64,000 bases of DNA. Source: Spirochaetota bacterium. Its GTDB lineage: Bacteria > Spirochaetota > UBA6919 > CBDBPB01. The stretch is taken from positions 104,054-168,053 of the forward strand of contig CBDBPB010000002.1 in assembly GCA_965208615.1 (NCBI GenBank). The letters run 5' to 3'. Below the pieces are notes generated by a model. The model did no database searches, had not been told where the DNA came from, and worked only from the letters and a program-made list of their open reading frames with translations. Positions 41,791 through 52,631 of the stretch are shown piece after piece (the first letter of the stretch is position 1; each line of letters starts with the position of its first letter). The position numbers were made by a program, and so were the translations under genes.

Positions 41791-43755
41791 TTATGGTTTA
41801 TCAGTATCCATTCTAGCGGAGTCTACATCTCCAATATCTTCAACCATGGCTACAACCTCTGTATCAGGAACAGTAGATAGTTGCATTTTATAGGCTAAGA
41901 ACCACATCATAAAAATACCAACAAATAGCCAAATAATGTGCCATACCCATATAGAAGGCATACCAAATACCCATGTGCTATAGTTATTAGGATCACCAAA
42001 AAGAGTATTACCTATAACAGCACCAGGCCCTATTCCAAAGAAGAACCATACAATAGTTATGATCCATGCAGTAGGTACCAACGATTTTTTCTCAGCAGGT
42101 ACACCAGCATGCTCTTTAAGATAGTCATGGTACTTCATTCTGTGTTTTGTTTCGTTATTATCTTGAGTAAAGAAACTAACAATTACAGCAGTACCAAAGT
42201 TAAAGAAAAACCCCCAGAATGCAGAGTGCATAGTAAGAGGCCATCTTCCCCATGGGTTTATTCCAATAGCTTTAAACAAGCTAGCACCAATGCTCTCAGT
42301 TAAGGTAACAGCAATTAACCCAAGAATTAGACCAAGAGTAACTCCTTGTCTTGTTAGCCATGGCCACCAACATATTCCAATAAGAGCAGGCCACATTTGA
42401 AAGCCATAAGCTACAGCTAAACCACCAAGTAGCACCAAAGCGTCTTTAGAGAATGTCGCCACAATAAGAGCTAGTCCAGTAATAATAGCTACACCTATTC
42501 TACCAAATAGTTTTTGTGTTCCATGACCAGCCTTAGGATTAAGGAACCTTTTATAAATATCTCTGGTTAACATACCACCAGCGGTTGACATATAAGCCGC
42601 ACCAGTGGACTGCATTGCCGCAAGAGCACAGACAGCTAATAAACCAACTAACCATGGAGCGCCAGTACTCATTAGGTGTATGAGTTCTGGTACTAATTGT
42701 CCTTGTTTACCCCATGGAAGGTCTTTTATTACATTAGAAATACCATTAGCCGAAGCCCATTCTATCATGCTTTTATCTGCGCCAAGTAAGTGAGCTCCCA
42801 TACCCTGAATAGCAGTAAATACTATCAATATAATACCAATACCAGCAGAAGAAGCCCATACTTGCTGAGGAGCAAATGGCTTTGGATTCTTATTGGAAAA
42901 AGACCACATTGAGAACGCAGGAGCTGATTGAATACCCATAAGAGCAAACATATATGTTAATACCATAACTCCAGTCCATGCACCTCCACTAGCTTTGGCC
43001 AAGCTTGCACCAGACTTGACAAACTGTATCACCCCGGGTATGGCAATATAATGACTATAACCATCTATAGTTCTATTTGTGTCTACTTTTGCTAGTTCAG
43101 CAATACCTATGTTTAGCTTTTCAAAGCCACCAACAAAGGTTAGGGTAATAATACCTATTGCCACAATACCAAGAGCTAATAATACCCCTTGAGCAGTATC
43201 CACATATGCTACAGCTCTTAAGCCTCCTGAAGCAACATAGATTACAACTACAATAGATAAAAGCCACATTCCAGCGGTAACAGGGAATAAGCCATCGGTT
43301 AACACGTTAAAAAGGAACCCAGATGCACGTAACTGTAGTCCTAAATATGGCACAGAAAATATTAACGCCACAATTACAGTTAGAATACGCATTGTATCAG
43401 ACTTAAAGTAGTCAGAATACATCTCACCGGGAGTAATGTATCCAAAACGTTTACCTAATATCCATTGTCTCTTTAAAAAGAGTACCCCAGTAAACGGAAT
43501 GGTGATAGCATAAAAAGATGCGTATGCATATTGAAAGCCGTCACGAAATACTAGACCAGGGTGTCCAACAAAAGTCCAGCCTGAAAAGGACGTTGCTGTT
43601 GCCGCTAATACAAATACCCATATTGGGATAGTTCGCCCTGCAATAAAGTAGTCAGAAGCTGTTTTTGCAGTTTTGGCTCCCTTAAAACCCCAGTATAGAC
43701 AATATGCCCAATACAAGATAACAAACACAAATAACCAAATTACATGTGCTTTCAT
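41791..43755 (-). CDS. Sodium:solute symporter (SSS family)
   Basis: DYFIAGR, ATSFSGWTF.G.PG, GGLRAVAYVD, AAMQST; many TM helices. Confidence 0.92.
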   Translation of the reverse strand: MKAHVIWLFVFVILYWAYCLYWGFKGAKTAKTASDYFIAGRTIPIWVFVLAATATSFSGWTFVGHPGLVFRDGFQYAYASFYAITIPFTGVLFLKRQWILGKRFGYITPGEMYSDYFKSDTMRILTVIVALIFSVPYLGLQLRASGFLFNVLTDGLFPVTAGMWLLSIVVVIYVASGGLRAVAYVDTAQGVLLALGIVAIGIITLTFVGGFEKLNIGIAELAKVDTNRTIDGYSHYIAIPGVIQFVKSGASLAKASGGAWTGVMVLTYMFALMGIQSAPAFSMWSFSNKNPKPFAPQQVWASSAGIGIILIVFTAIQGMGAHLLGADKSMIEWASANGISNVIKDLPWGKQGQLVPELIHLMSTGAPWLVGLLAVCALAAMQSTGAAYMSTAGGMLTRDIYKRFLNPKAGHGTQKLFGRIGVAIITGLALIVATFSKDALVLLGGLAVAYGFQMWPALIGICWWPWLTRQGVTLGLILGLIAVTLTESIGASLFKAIGINPWGRWPLTMHSAFWGFFFNFGTAVIVSFFTQDNNETKHRMKYHDYLKEHAGVPAEKKSLVPTAWIITIVWFFFGIGPGAVIGNTLFGDPNNYSTWVFGMPSIWVWHIIWLFVGIFMMWFLAYKMQLSTVPDTEVVAMVEDIGDVDSARMDTDKP

Positions 43756-44159
43756 ATGATAAAGTACCTCCTTAGAAGTTTTACTATAATTAATGTATTT
43801 AATGATTAATTTAGAGATACTGATTATATTTTAAATTTTAGCTAAGACTATTTTTTATGGTGAGTTTGATTAATTTGCTTAAACCTAAAATCACATCAGT
43901 ATAACTACACAACTTATACAATATAATATAAAATATTTATTTATACAAGTAAAAAAGAAAAAATGTGCTTTAGGTTAGGGCTGACATGTGATTATTTTGA
44001 TTAACATAAAAAAGGGATAACTATTTATATTTTATAATATAAATTTAATAAGTTTTGGTATATTTAAAGCTTTATTTTTTTTGGTAAAAAAATATTATAT
44101 CGAATAATTGACTATTAATTTTGAGTTATTAATAGTATATAATCATAATTTAGCAGAGG

Positions 44160-46004
44160 ATGTCTATGAAAAATACTAAATCTACAAACAGGAGATCATT
44201 TATATTATCTGTATCACCGTTTAACATATTAAGTAGTTCAGAAGTTGAGCTACTTATACCTTCTATAAAGGAATTTACCTTTGAAGAAGATCAAATTATT
44301 GCAAAGGAAGGAGGAGAACCTGAGTTTTTTTATTTAGTTGTTTATGGAGTAGTTAAAAAGCGTTGTGATAGGGATGACATTTTGTATTACTATCCAGGGG
44401 ATAGTTTTGATGTTACCTCACTTATTAATAATATAAATGAACATACCTTCGACGCTGACGAAAAGACTTTATGTATTGCTATACCTAAGGATACATTTCT
44501 TAAGTTGATGTCTATCAACAGTGCTTTTGAGAAGTACTATCTTCAGGACTTATCACAAAAGATACACTCTATGATAAACAAGGATGTTAATCAAGAGCTG
44601 GCATCATTTATGGCGGCTAAGGTGGAGGATAGTCTTATACACCCTGCAATTTGTGTTAGTGAGAAGACATCCATTTATGATGCTGTTAAGAAGATGAGTG
44701 AAAATCATATATCTAGTATATTGGTCGATTGTCCAAACTGTAAGGGGGGATATGGTATAGTTACTGATACTGATCTTCGTAAAAAGGTGATATTAGAGAA
44801 TCGGTCTTACGAAGATGATATAGGTAATATTACTACTAATAAGTTAATCAGCATTGATAAAGAGGATTTTCTTTATAATGCATTACTGCTTATGACAGAA
44901 CACTCAGTAAAGCGTCTTATTGTTAAGGATGACAATAAGATAGTGGGTACTTTGGAGCAGATAGATGTACTTAGTACAATATCTCATAGATCTAGATTAT
45001 TCCACGTTCGTATTAACAGGGCTACTAGTGTTGAGGAGTTAAAGACAGCTAGTAAGGAGTCTATTTATATGATTAAGGCTTTGCTTAGTCAGGGAGTTAA
45101 GGTAATTAATATAACGAAGCTCTTGTCTCAGTTGTACTCTCAGTTATTTAGGAAGCTTTTTGAGATATTGGCACCTAAGGATTTGATTGATAATTCATGT
45201 TTAGTAGTTTTGGGTAGTGAGGGTAGGGGGGAGCAGATTCTCAAAACTGATCAGGATAACGCTATTATACTAAGAGACGGATATAGAAATGATAATTTTA
45301 GGGAGATAATGAATGCTTTTACTAATGCTTTGCTGGAGTGTGGTTATCCAAGGTGCAAGGGTAATATTATGGTATCCAATCCATATTGGGCAAAGTCTCT
45401 TAGGGAGTATGAGACTGAGATTAAGAACTGGATGGTAAATCTAAAGAATGAGGATATAATTAATATAGCGGCTTTATACGATGGTATTGCTGTAGCGGGG
45501 GACAAATTACTTTTGGATGAGTTAAAGGAGAGGTTTTTGCTATTGAGGAAGGATAAGAATTTATTATCCCAGTTTGCTTATCCAACAGTATATATAGCTA
45601 CACCTCTTTCATTTTTCAACAAGTTTATTTTGGATAAGGGTCACAATGATATGCTTGATATTAAGAAGGGTGGGATATTTCCGATAGTTCATGGTATTAG
45701 GAGTTTTGCGTTGGAGGCGAATCTTAGTGAGACTAATACTTTTGAGCGTATTGAGAAGATTAGTGAAATGGGGATTATAAAGAAAGACATAGCAGATGAG
45801 CTTATAGAGGCATTAAACTTTTTATTAACTATTAGGTTAAGGGTTAGGCTGGATAAGACGGATAAGGGAGAAAAGCTTGATAATTATATTGATCCTAGGG
45901 TATTATCCAAGTTGGAGCAGGATGTATTAAGAGATATTTTAAAGATAGTCAAGCGTTTTAAGGAGTTAGTTAGTTATCATTTTAGGTTAGACAGTCTTGG
46001 ATGA
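44160..46004 (+). CDS. cNMP-binding + CBS + DUF294 nucleotidyltransferase-like signalling protein
   Basis: CBS pair (GIVTDTDLR), LGSEGRGEQ..TDQDNA, CKGNIMVSNP.W, DIKKGGIFPIVHG. Confidence 0.92.
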   Translation: MSMKNTKSTNRRSFILSVSPFNILSSSEVELLIPSIKEFTFEEDQIIAKEGGEPEFFYLVVYGVVKKRCDRDDILYYYPGDSFDVTSLINNINEHTFDADEKTLCIAIPKDTFLKLMSINSAFEKYYLQDLSQKIHSMINKDVNQELASFMAAKVEDSLIHPAICVSEKTSIYDAVKKMSENHISSILVDCPNCKGGYGIVTDTDLRKKVILENRSYEDDIGNITTNKLISIDKEDFLYNALLLMTEHSVKRLIVKDDNKIVGTLEQIDVLSTISHRSRLFHVRINRATSVEELKTASKESIYMIKALLSQGVKVINITKLLSQLYSQLFRKLFEILAPKDLIDNSCLVVLGSEGRGEQILKTDQDNAIILRDGYRNDNFREIMNAFTNALLECGYPRCKGNIMVSNPYWAKSLREYETEIKNWMVNLKNEDIINIAALYDGIAVAGDKLLLDELKERFLLLRKDKNLLSQFAYPTVYIATPLSFFNKFILDKGHNDMLDIKKGGIFPIVHGIRSFALEANLSETNTFERIEKISEMGIIKKDIADELIEALNFLLTIRLRVRLDKTDKGEKLDNYIDPRVLSKLEQDVLRDILKIVKRFKELVSYHFRLDSLG

Positions 46005-46725
46005 CAGGGGTTAGTAAAAAGGTTATATCTTTGCATTGTATGTTATATATATATAGATATCGCATGGGTTCAATTATCTTTGATGTTGGAGCAGGATGTA
46101 TTAAGAGATATTTTAAAGATAGTCAAGCGTTTTAAGGAGTTAGTTAGTTATCATTTTAGGGTTAGACAGTCTTGGGATGACAGGGGTTAGTAAAAAGGTT
46201 ATATCTTTGCATTGTATGTTATATATATATAGGTATTGCATGGGTTCAATTATCTTTGATGTTGGAGCAGGATGTATTAAGAGATATTTTAAAGATAGTC
46301 AAGCGTTTTAAGGAGTTAGTTAGTTATCATTTTAGGGTTAGACAGTCTTGGATGACAGGGGTTAGTAAAAAGGTTATATCTTTGCATTGTATGTTATATA
46401 TATATAGGTATCGCATGGGTTCAATTATCTTTGATGTTGGAGCAGGATGTATTAAGAGATATTTTAAAGATAGTCAAGCGTTTTAAGGAGTTAGTTAGTT
46501 ATCATTTTAGGTTAGACAGTCTTGGGATGACAGGGGTTAGTAAAAAGGTTATATCTTTGCATTGTATGTTATATATATATAGGTATCGCATGGGTTCAAT
46601 TATCTTTGATGTTGGAGCAGGATGTATTAAGAGATATTTTAAAGATAGTCAAGCGTTTTAAGGAGTTAGTTAGTTATCATTTTAGGGTTAGACAGTCTTG
46701 GATGACAGGGGTTAGTAAAAAGGTT
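45911..46725 (+). repeat. ~175-bp tandem array (5 copies of the DUF294 gene 3' end separated by 4 near-identical ~60-bp linkers)
   Basis: GTTGGAGCAGGATG at 45911, 46085, 46261, 46436, 46611. Confidence 0.95.
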
Positions 46726-46756
46726 CTATCAGTCATTTTATTAGTGAAGATTTCAG

Positions 46757-47180
46757 TAGTTTACTTTTTATAGTTGTTATTTATCATAGAGGATTAGGCA
46801 TACTTTTTTGAAGTTTTACACATAACGTCAACATGTAATATTTAAATAATCCGCTCTACGCCTTTATGGGACTGCAAATCCGTTAACACTTAATAAAGGT
46901 CTATAATTCTTAGTTCCAGTAAGGGATTCTTAATAGCTCCCGTAATGATGACTACTTGCATAAAAAGTGATATTTTGTGTTAATTACTAAGGCATTTAAA
47001 CAGCACTTAAAGAGCATATAGGGGTAACCTGCTTGACACAGGAAAATAACTTTTCCATGAATATCTTAACTTTCCTGTTCCACAAAGAGATATAAAATAC
47101 ATCTGCCTTTACGTTATATGTCTTCATTTTGCCTTGTATCCCTCGTCATTACTACGTCATAAAATGATAACTAAATTATC
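46757..47180. repeat. Conserved non-coding block, copy 2
   Basis: Paralog of 10045-10470. Confidence 0.92.
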
Positions 47181-47469
47181 ATAAAAAAGAAGAGCCGTCC
47201 TCCCCTTAATTTTAACAAAAAAATAAACTATACTTACTAACTTTACTCAAAGTCTAAGCGTACAAGTTTATATGCATGTCTATTTTCAACAACCTAAACT
47301 TGATGGAGTGCCTGTTATACTAAACCATAAAAAAGAAAAGCTATATTCCCCTTAGCCTTAACAAAAAATAAATATACCTACCAGCCCTAACTCAAGGTCT
47401 GAGCGTACAAGTTTATATGCATGTCTATTGTCAACAACCTAAACTTGATGAAGTATCCGTTATACTAAA
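47180..47469 (-). repeat. ~145-bp tandem array, 2 units (inverted gene-end copies)
   Basis: GCGTACAAG at 47258 and 47403; same unit as 10476-11321. Confidence 0.93.
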
Positions 47470-47688
47470 TTATTACATATTATGTATAGGTATGCCAATT
47501 GGGAATATTAAAACCTCTTATTAAAATATAGCTATCCCCTTTGAAATAGGTTTAAGTACTTTTTTTAGTTGTATTTTTCTTTGAGATTGATTACCTTATA
47601 GTAGATTTATTTTTAAATGATATAGCTTTATATGCGTTGGCCTATTAGAGCTTAACGTTTTAAGCTAAAAAAAACAATAGGGGGAATC

Positions 47689-50355
47689 ATGAAGAAAGTA
47701 TTCTTTATTTTACTAACTTTAGCTTTATTAACAGGATGCGGAGAGGATGATATATCCTGTGAGGCTCTGGGTGATTGTGATAAAAATGTTGAAAGTCAGC
47801 TAGACAAAGCAGATAAAGATGTTGCAGCTGCAGAGGAAGAGCTAAATAAATTAGAAGTAGATGGGATAAATGATGGAAATAAAGAAGAGGTAGTAGGAAA
47901 AGTAGAAGATATAGCAACAGGAGTACAGAAAGCAGTAGATAGCTTAAAAGATGTAGTCGAAGAAGAAAAACTAAAAAATATAAAAAATAAACTTATAACA
48001 ATATTAAATAGTTTAACAGACGCAGACACAAAAAAAGTAAGAGAAATAGTAAATGTGCTAAAAACAGCAGTAAAAGGCCTAAAAACAGCAGTAGAAGCTT
48101 TAAAAGGCTTAGTAGACGAGGGAAAAGGAAAAAAGACCTGTAAGGTAACAAGTAATACGGATACTCATAGAGGCGTTGTTACTTGTGATAAAACTACTAA
48201 AACTAAGTGTGATACTGATAAGGGTACCTGGGACCCACCAAGCTGTGAGCCGTCTGCTGGTACAGAAAGGCAAACACCAGTGGAAGAAAAGGTTTGTAAG
48301 GTAACAAAAGATACGGATACTCATACAGGCGTTGTTACTTGTGATAAAACTACTAAAACTAAGTGTGATACTGATAAGGGTACCTGGGACCCACCAAGCT
48401 GTGAGCCGTCTGCTGGTAAGGCAATTAAGGTTTGTAAGGTAACAAAAGATACGGATACTCATGCTAACGTTATTACTTGTGATACAATGGTTCAAAGTGA
48501 GTGTAGTAAAAGAGATGGTGAGTGGGGAGTGCAATGTACTAAATCTAATGGTATGCCTAAGATTAGGCTTTGTAAGGTAAAAAAAGATACGGATGATTAT
48601 ATCGGCGTTATTACTTGTGATACAACTACTAAGGCTAATTGTCAAGGTGAGTGGGATTCACAAGACTGTAGGCCATCTGATGGTACTCCAATTAAGATAT
48701 GTAAAGTAAAAAAAGATACGACTACTCATATCGGCATTGTTACTTGTAAGAAGACTACTAAAACTAAGTGTAATACTGATAAGGGTACCTGGGGGTCCAC
48801 CAAGCTGTAATCAAAATCCTGGAGCTCTCATACCAGCTGGGGTTGTTTTTGTAAAAGCTGGAACTCGTACTACTAAAAACGGTAAAACCTGGAAAAACTG
48901 CTTATAGTGACCTACAAAAGGCTATTGATGAAGCTAAGAAAGCTAATAAACCTAAGGTATATGTAGCCCAAGGGACTTACAAGCCTACTGGTCATCCAAA
49001 TGGTGGTAATGGTGGACGTGAAAAGCATTTTTCATTAAGGAATGGTGTAGAGGTTATTGGTGGTTATAAAGGTGAAAAGGTTGATGAGTCTAATAATCCT
49101 AACTACTATAAGACTATCCTAAGCGGTGATAATAACGCCTATCATGTTTTTTATCATCCCGCTATTGCAAACTTAGATAAAACAGCAAAGTTAGTGGAGG
49201 TTACTATTACCAAAGGCAATGCTAATGGTAGTGATCCTCATGAATACGGAGGGGGCATGTATAATTATAATAGCCATCCCACTTTAACAACTGTGATTTT
49301 TGAGAGTAATAAGGCCGGATGGGGAGGGGGCATGTATAATGAGTATAGCTCTCCAGAGTTAAGAAATGTGACTTTTGAGAGTAATAAGGCCGGATGGGGA
49401 GGGGGCATGTATAATAAGGATAATAGCAAGCCAAAGTTAACAAATGTGACTTTTACTTAGTAATGAGGCCTCATACGGAGGGGGCATGTTTAATATTAAT
49501 AGTTCTCCAGAGTTAAAAGATGTGACTTTTGATAGCAATGAGGCTAAGCAATACGGAGGGGGCATGTATAATAAGGATAATAGCAAGCCAAAGTTAACAA
49601 ATGTGACTTTTACTAGTAATGAGGCCTCATACGGAGGGGGCATGTTTAATATTAATAGTTCTCCAGAGTTAAAAGATGTGACTTTTGATAGCAATGAGGC
49701 TAAGCAATACGGAGGGGGCATGGGTAATGAGAAGAGCTCTCCCACTTTAAAAGATGTGGAGTTTACTAGTAATACGGCCGACTTAGGAGGGGGCATGTAT
49801 AATAATAATAGCTCTCCCAAGTTAACAAATGTGACTTTTACTAGTAATACGGCTAATAGGTACGGAGGGGGCATGTTTAATAGTGATAGCTATCCAACGT
49901 TAAGAAATGTGACTTTTACTAGTAATGAGGCCTCATACGGAGGGGGCATGACTAATTATAAAACCTTTCCCACTTTAAAAGATGTGACTTTTACTAGTAA
50001 TACGGCTACTAAAGGAGGGGGCATGTATAATTATAAAACCTTTCCCACTTTAAAAGATGTGACTTTTAATAGCAATGAGGCTAAGCAATACGGAGGGGGC
50101 ATGTATAATAGTGATAATAGCAAGCCCACTTTAGATAATACGGTGATTTTTAATAAAAACATTGCTGGTAGCATTGAAGATAAAAAAGAAGGAAAAGGCG
50201 GGGCTATTTATAATGTTGTTGGTAAAGATAATATTCCTGACTCAAGCATAACAGGCACACCAACCTATGGAACGGGTACTAATGAAAATAAAAAGGTTGT
50301 CAAAGTGGGTAATACATATAAACTTGTACAGTCAAACCTTGAGTCAGGCCAGTAA
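47689..50355 (+). CDS. Cys-repeat/beta-helix surface lipoprotein copy 3 (three +1 frameshifts at ~48792, ~48895, ~49458)
   Basis: GGGGGA RBS, LLTGC lipobox, coiled coil, 5 four-Cys repeats, 12 GGGM-x-N repeats; colinear with copy 1 across the shifts. Confidence 0.85.
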
Positions 50356-50382
50356 GTATATTTATTTAGTCCGTTAAAATTA

Positions 50383-50408
50383 AGGGGAGCATAGCTCCTC
50401 TTTTTTTT
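50383..50408 (+). terminator. Rho-independent terminator
   Basis: AGGGGAGC-ata-GCTCCTCT plus T run, same as after genes 1 and 2. Confidence 0.75.
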
Positions 50409-50471
50409 ATTGGTTTTAATAACATTGAAATATTTATAGATGTAGGTTATATTTACTTAATGGAGGAGCTT

Positions 50472-51009
50472 ATGTTTAATATAAAAAACAGTATCTTACT
50501 TGTAATAGATGTACAAACTAGACTAGCTAATGTAATGCATGATCTAAACATCTTAATTCATAATTTAAAGCGGATCATTAATGGAGCTAAAATTCTTGGC
50601 TTACCTATTATTGTTACTGAACAATATCCTGAGGGTATTGGCCATACTATAGAAGAAATAGAACAGCTTTTACCTAAGAATCCTATATCAAAGTTAACTT
50701 TTAGTTGTTGTGAGGATCAAAGGTTTATAGAAGAACTTGAAAAACATAATAGAAAACAGGTTATTGTATGCGGTATAGAAACTCATATATGCGTATACCA
50801 AAACCGTGGTTAGCCTTATTGAGAGAGGTTATGAGGTGCAGGTTATATCCGATGGGGTATCATCTAGAAAACTGGATAATAAGATAATCGGCCTTGAGCT
50901 TATGAGAGATTGTGGGGCTAAACTTACCTGCATAGAAACCATTTTATTTGAACTTCTAAAGTTAGCATCGGGTGATAAATTTAAAGAAATACTAAAAATT
51001 GTTAAATAG
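50472..51009 (+). CDS. Isochorismatase-family hydrolase (frameshift ~50802)
   Basis: LLVIDVQ, TEQYP.GIG.T, FSCC, GIETHICVYQ, DGVSSR; GGAGG RBS before ATG 50472. Confidence 0.9.
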
Positions 51010-51241
51010 TATAGTTTTATAATTACTTAGTATTAACTTACTTAACGGTGCTTAGCTAACAGGCTTATTGCCTGGTAGATTATATGGCTTAGTGGACAAC
51101 TTAAATTATATCATTTTGATTTGTCTTAGATGGACTATTTTATTATACTAAGGGCTAGATATTTATATAATATTTTATATTCACAGAAATAGTTTATCTA
51201 TATTTATTAAGTTGTATATAAAATAGATTAGGGTTATAAAG

Positions 51242-52093
51242 TTGAGATTTAGTTATAACGTTGGTTTTGGAAAACAAAGTATCACTCCTGGTATTAAATG
51301 GATTATGATTATAACAGGAGTTTGTTATTTAATTGAATTAATATCCCCAGATTTTACTCTTTGGTGGTTTAGGCTTAATCCTGCTGGAAGTAACGAAGCA
51401 GGTACTGTTAGTAATTTTCAGATATGGCAACCTATTACATATATGTTTCTTCATAATCCTGGTAGTTTTCTTCATATACTATTTAATATGTTTGCCCTTT
51501 GGATGTTTGGTATTTCCTATGAGAGACAGTTTGGTACTAAAGATTTTTTAAAGCTATACTTTATATCTGGTATTGGAACAGGGATTATCCTATCATTTTT
51601 CTTAACTAATGTATTAGGAGCCTCAGCCGCTGTTTTTGCTGTATTAGTATCATTTGCATATATGTGGCCTAATGCACAGGTACTTTTAATGTTTGTTATC
51701 CCTGTTAGAGCTAAGACCGCTGTAATTGTCTTTATAGTCCTCGAGTTATTTTTTACCATTCAGACCGCTAAAAGTAATATTGCTCATTCGGGGCATTTAT
51801 TAGGTGCTTTAATAGGATTTATCTATTTACAAGCGGTACACAAACGCTATAACTTATTTAGTTCTTTTTTTACATGGTATCATAACTTATTTTACAAGAC
51901 TAAATCATCAGTTAAGGCCAAAAGTAAGGCTAAAATTATAAAAAAAGAACAGTGGACAAAAGATAAGGTTAATTTACTACTAGAAAAAATATCTAAACAT
52001 GGTATAAGCTCTCTCACAAAAGAAGAAAAAGATTTTCTTGATAGGGTTAGCTCAGAATACAAAAGTGATTCTTATAAAAGTGATCTAGACTAA
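51242..52093 (+). CDS. Rhomboid intramembrane serine protease
   Basis: WQPITYMFLH, HILFNM, GASAA, AHSGHLLG, C-terminal LLEKISKHGISSLT.EEK domain. Confidence 0.92.
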   Translation: MRFSYNVGFGKQSITPGIKWIMIITGVCYLIELISPDFTLWWFRLNPAGSNEAGTVSNFQIWQPITYMFLHNPGSFLHILFNMFALWMFGISYERQFGTKDFLKLYFISGIGTGIILSFFLTNVLGASAAVFAVLVSFAYMWPNAQVLLMFVIPVRAKTAVIVFIVLELFFTIQTAKSNIAHSGHLLGALIGFIYLQAVHKRYNLFSSFFTWYHNLFYKTKSSVKAKSKAKIIKKEQWTKDKVNLLLEKISKHGISSLTKEEKDFLDRVSSEYKSDSYKSDLD

Positions 52094-52167
52094 TAATGGC
52101 TCCTAATTAAGTTAAATAGCATAAGTTTTTTAATAGCTTTAATAATATCAAAAAGGAATATGAGCTT

Positions 52168-52590
52168 ATGGAAAATAAAAAAAAGCCTAAGTATATGATA
52201 CTTGTTATAGTATTCGTTGTAATATTTTTACTATCCTTTGCTATACTAATTCTTATTGAAATCAAAGACCCTAATCATGGTATTATTAAGCGTTTAACTA
52301 TATCCAAAGAGGTTTTGTTTAGTAAGGATTGGTTAAAAAAATATTATGTATACGAAGAACTTTTAAAAGAGGTCAAGGATAAAGATGCAAGGCTTAAAAG
52401 CATAGATAAAGAAATTAAAACAAAAAAGGATATTTTAAGTAATATAGACAGCTTAATCGAATTACGTGTTCCCCTTTTAAAGAGCAAGGTAGAGGTATTA
52501 AGTAACAAAGTAGACGTATTAAATAATAGAGTTCCTAGTCACAATAAAAAAAGTAGTCGTACAAAGGCTAAAAAGCCAACCAGTAAATAA
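52168..52590 (+). CDS. Hypothetical membrane-anchored coiled-coil protein
   Basis: AAGGA RBS, N-terminal TM segment. Confidence 0.65.
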   Translation: MENKKKPKYMILVIVFVVIFLLSFAILILIEIKDPNHGIIKRLTISKEVLFSKDWLKKYYVYEELLKEVKDKDARLKSIDKEIKTKKDILSNIDSLIELRVPLLKSKVEVLSNKVDVLNNRVPSHNKKSSRTKAKKPTSK

Positions 52591-52631
52591 TAACCAACTT
52601 ATAAAAGACCTATTATAAACAGACTAACAAT

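Noticed and set aside
46256-46661. Two 76-aa ORFs in the ORF track
   Set aside because: They arise from G-run length differences between tandem copies reading through the linker.
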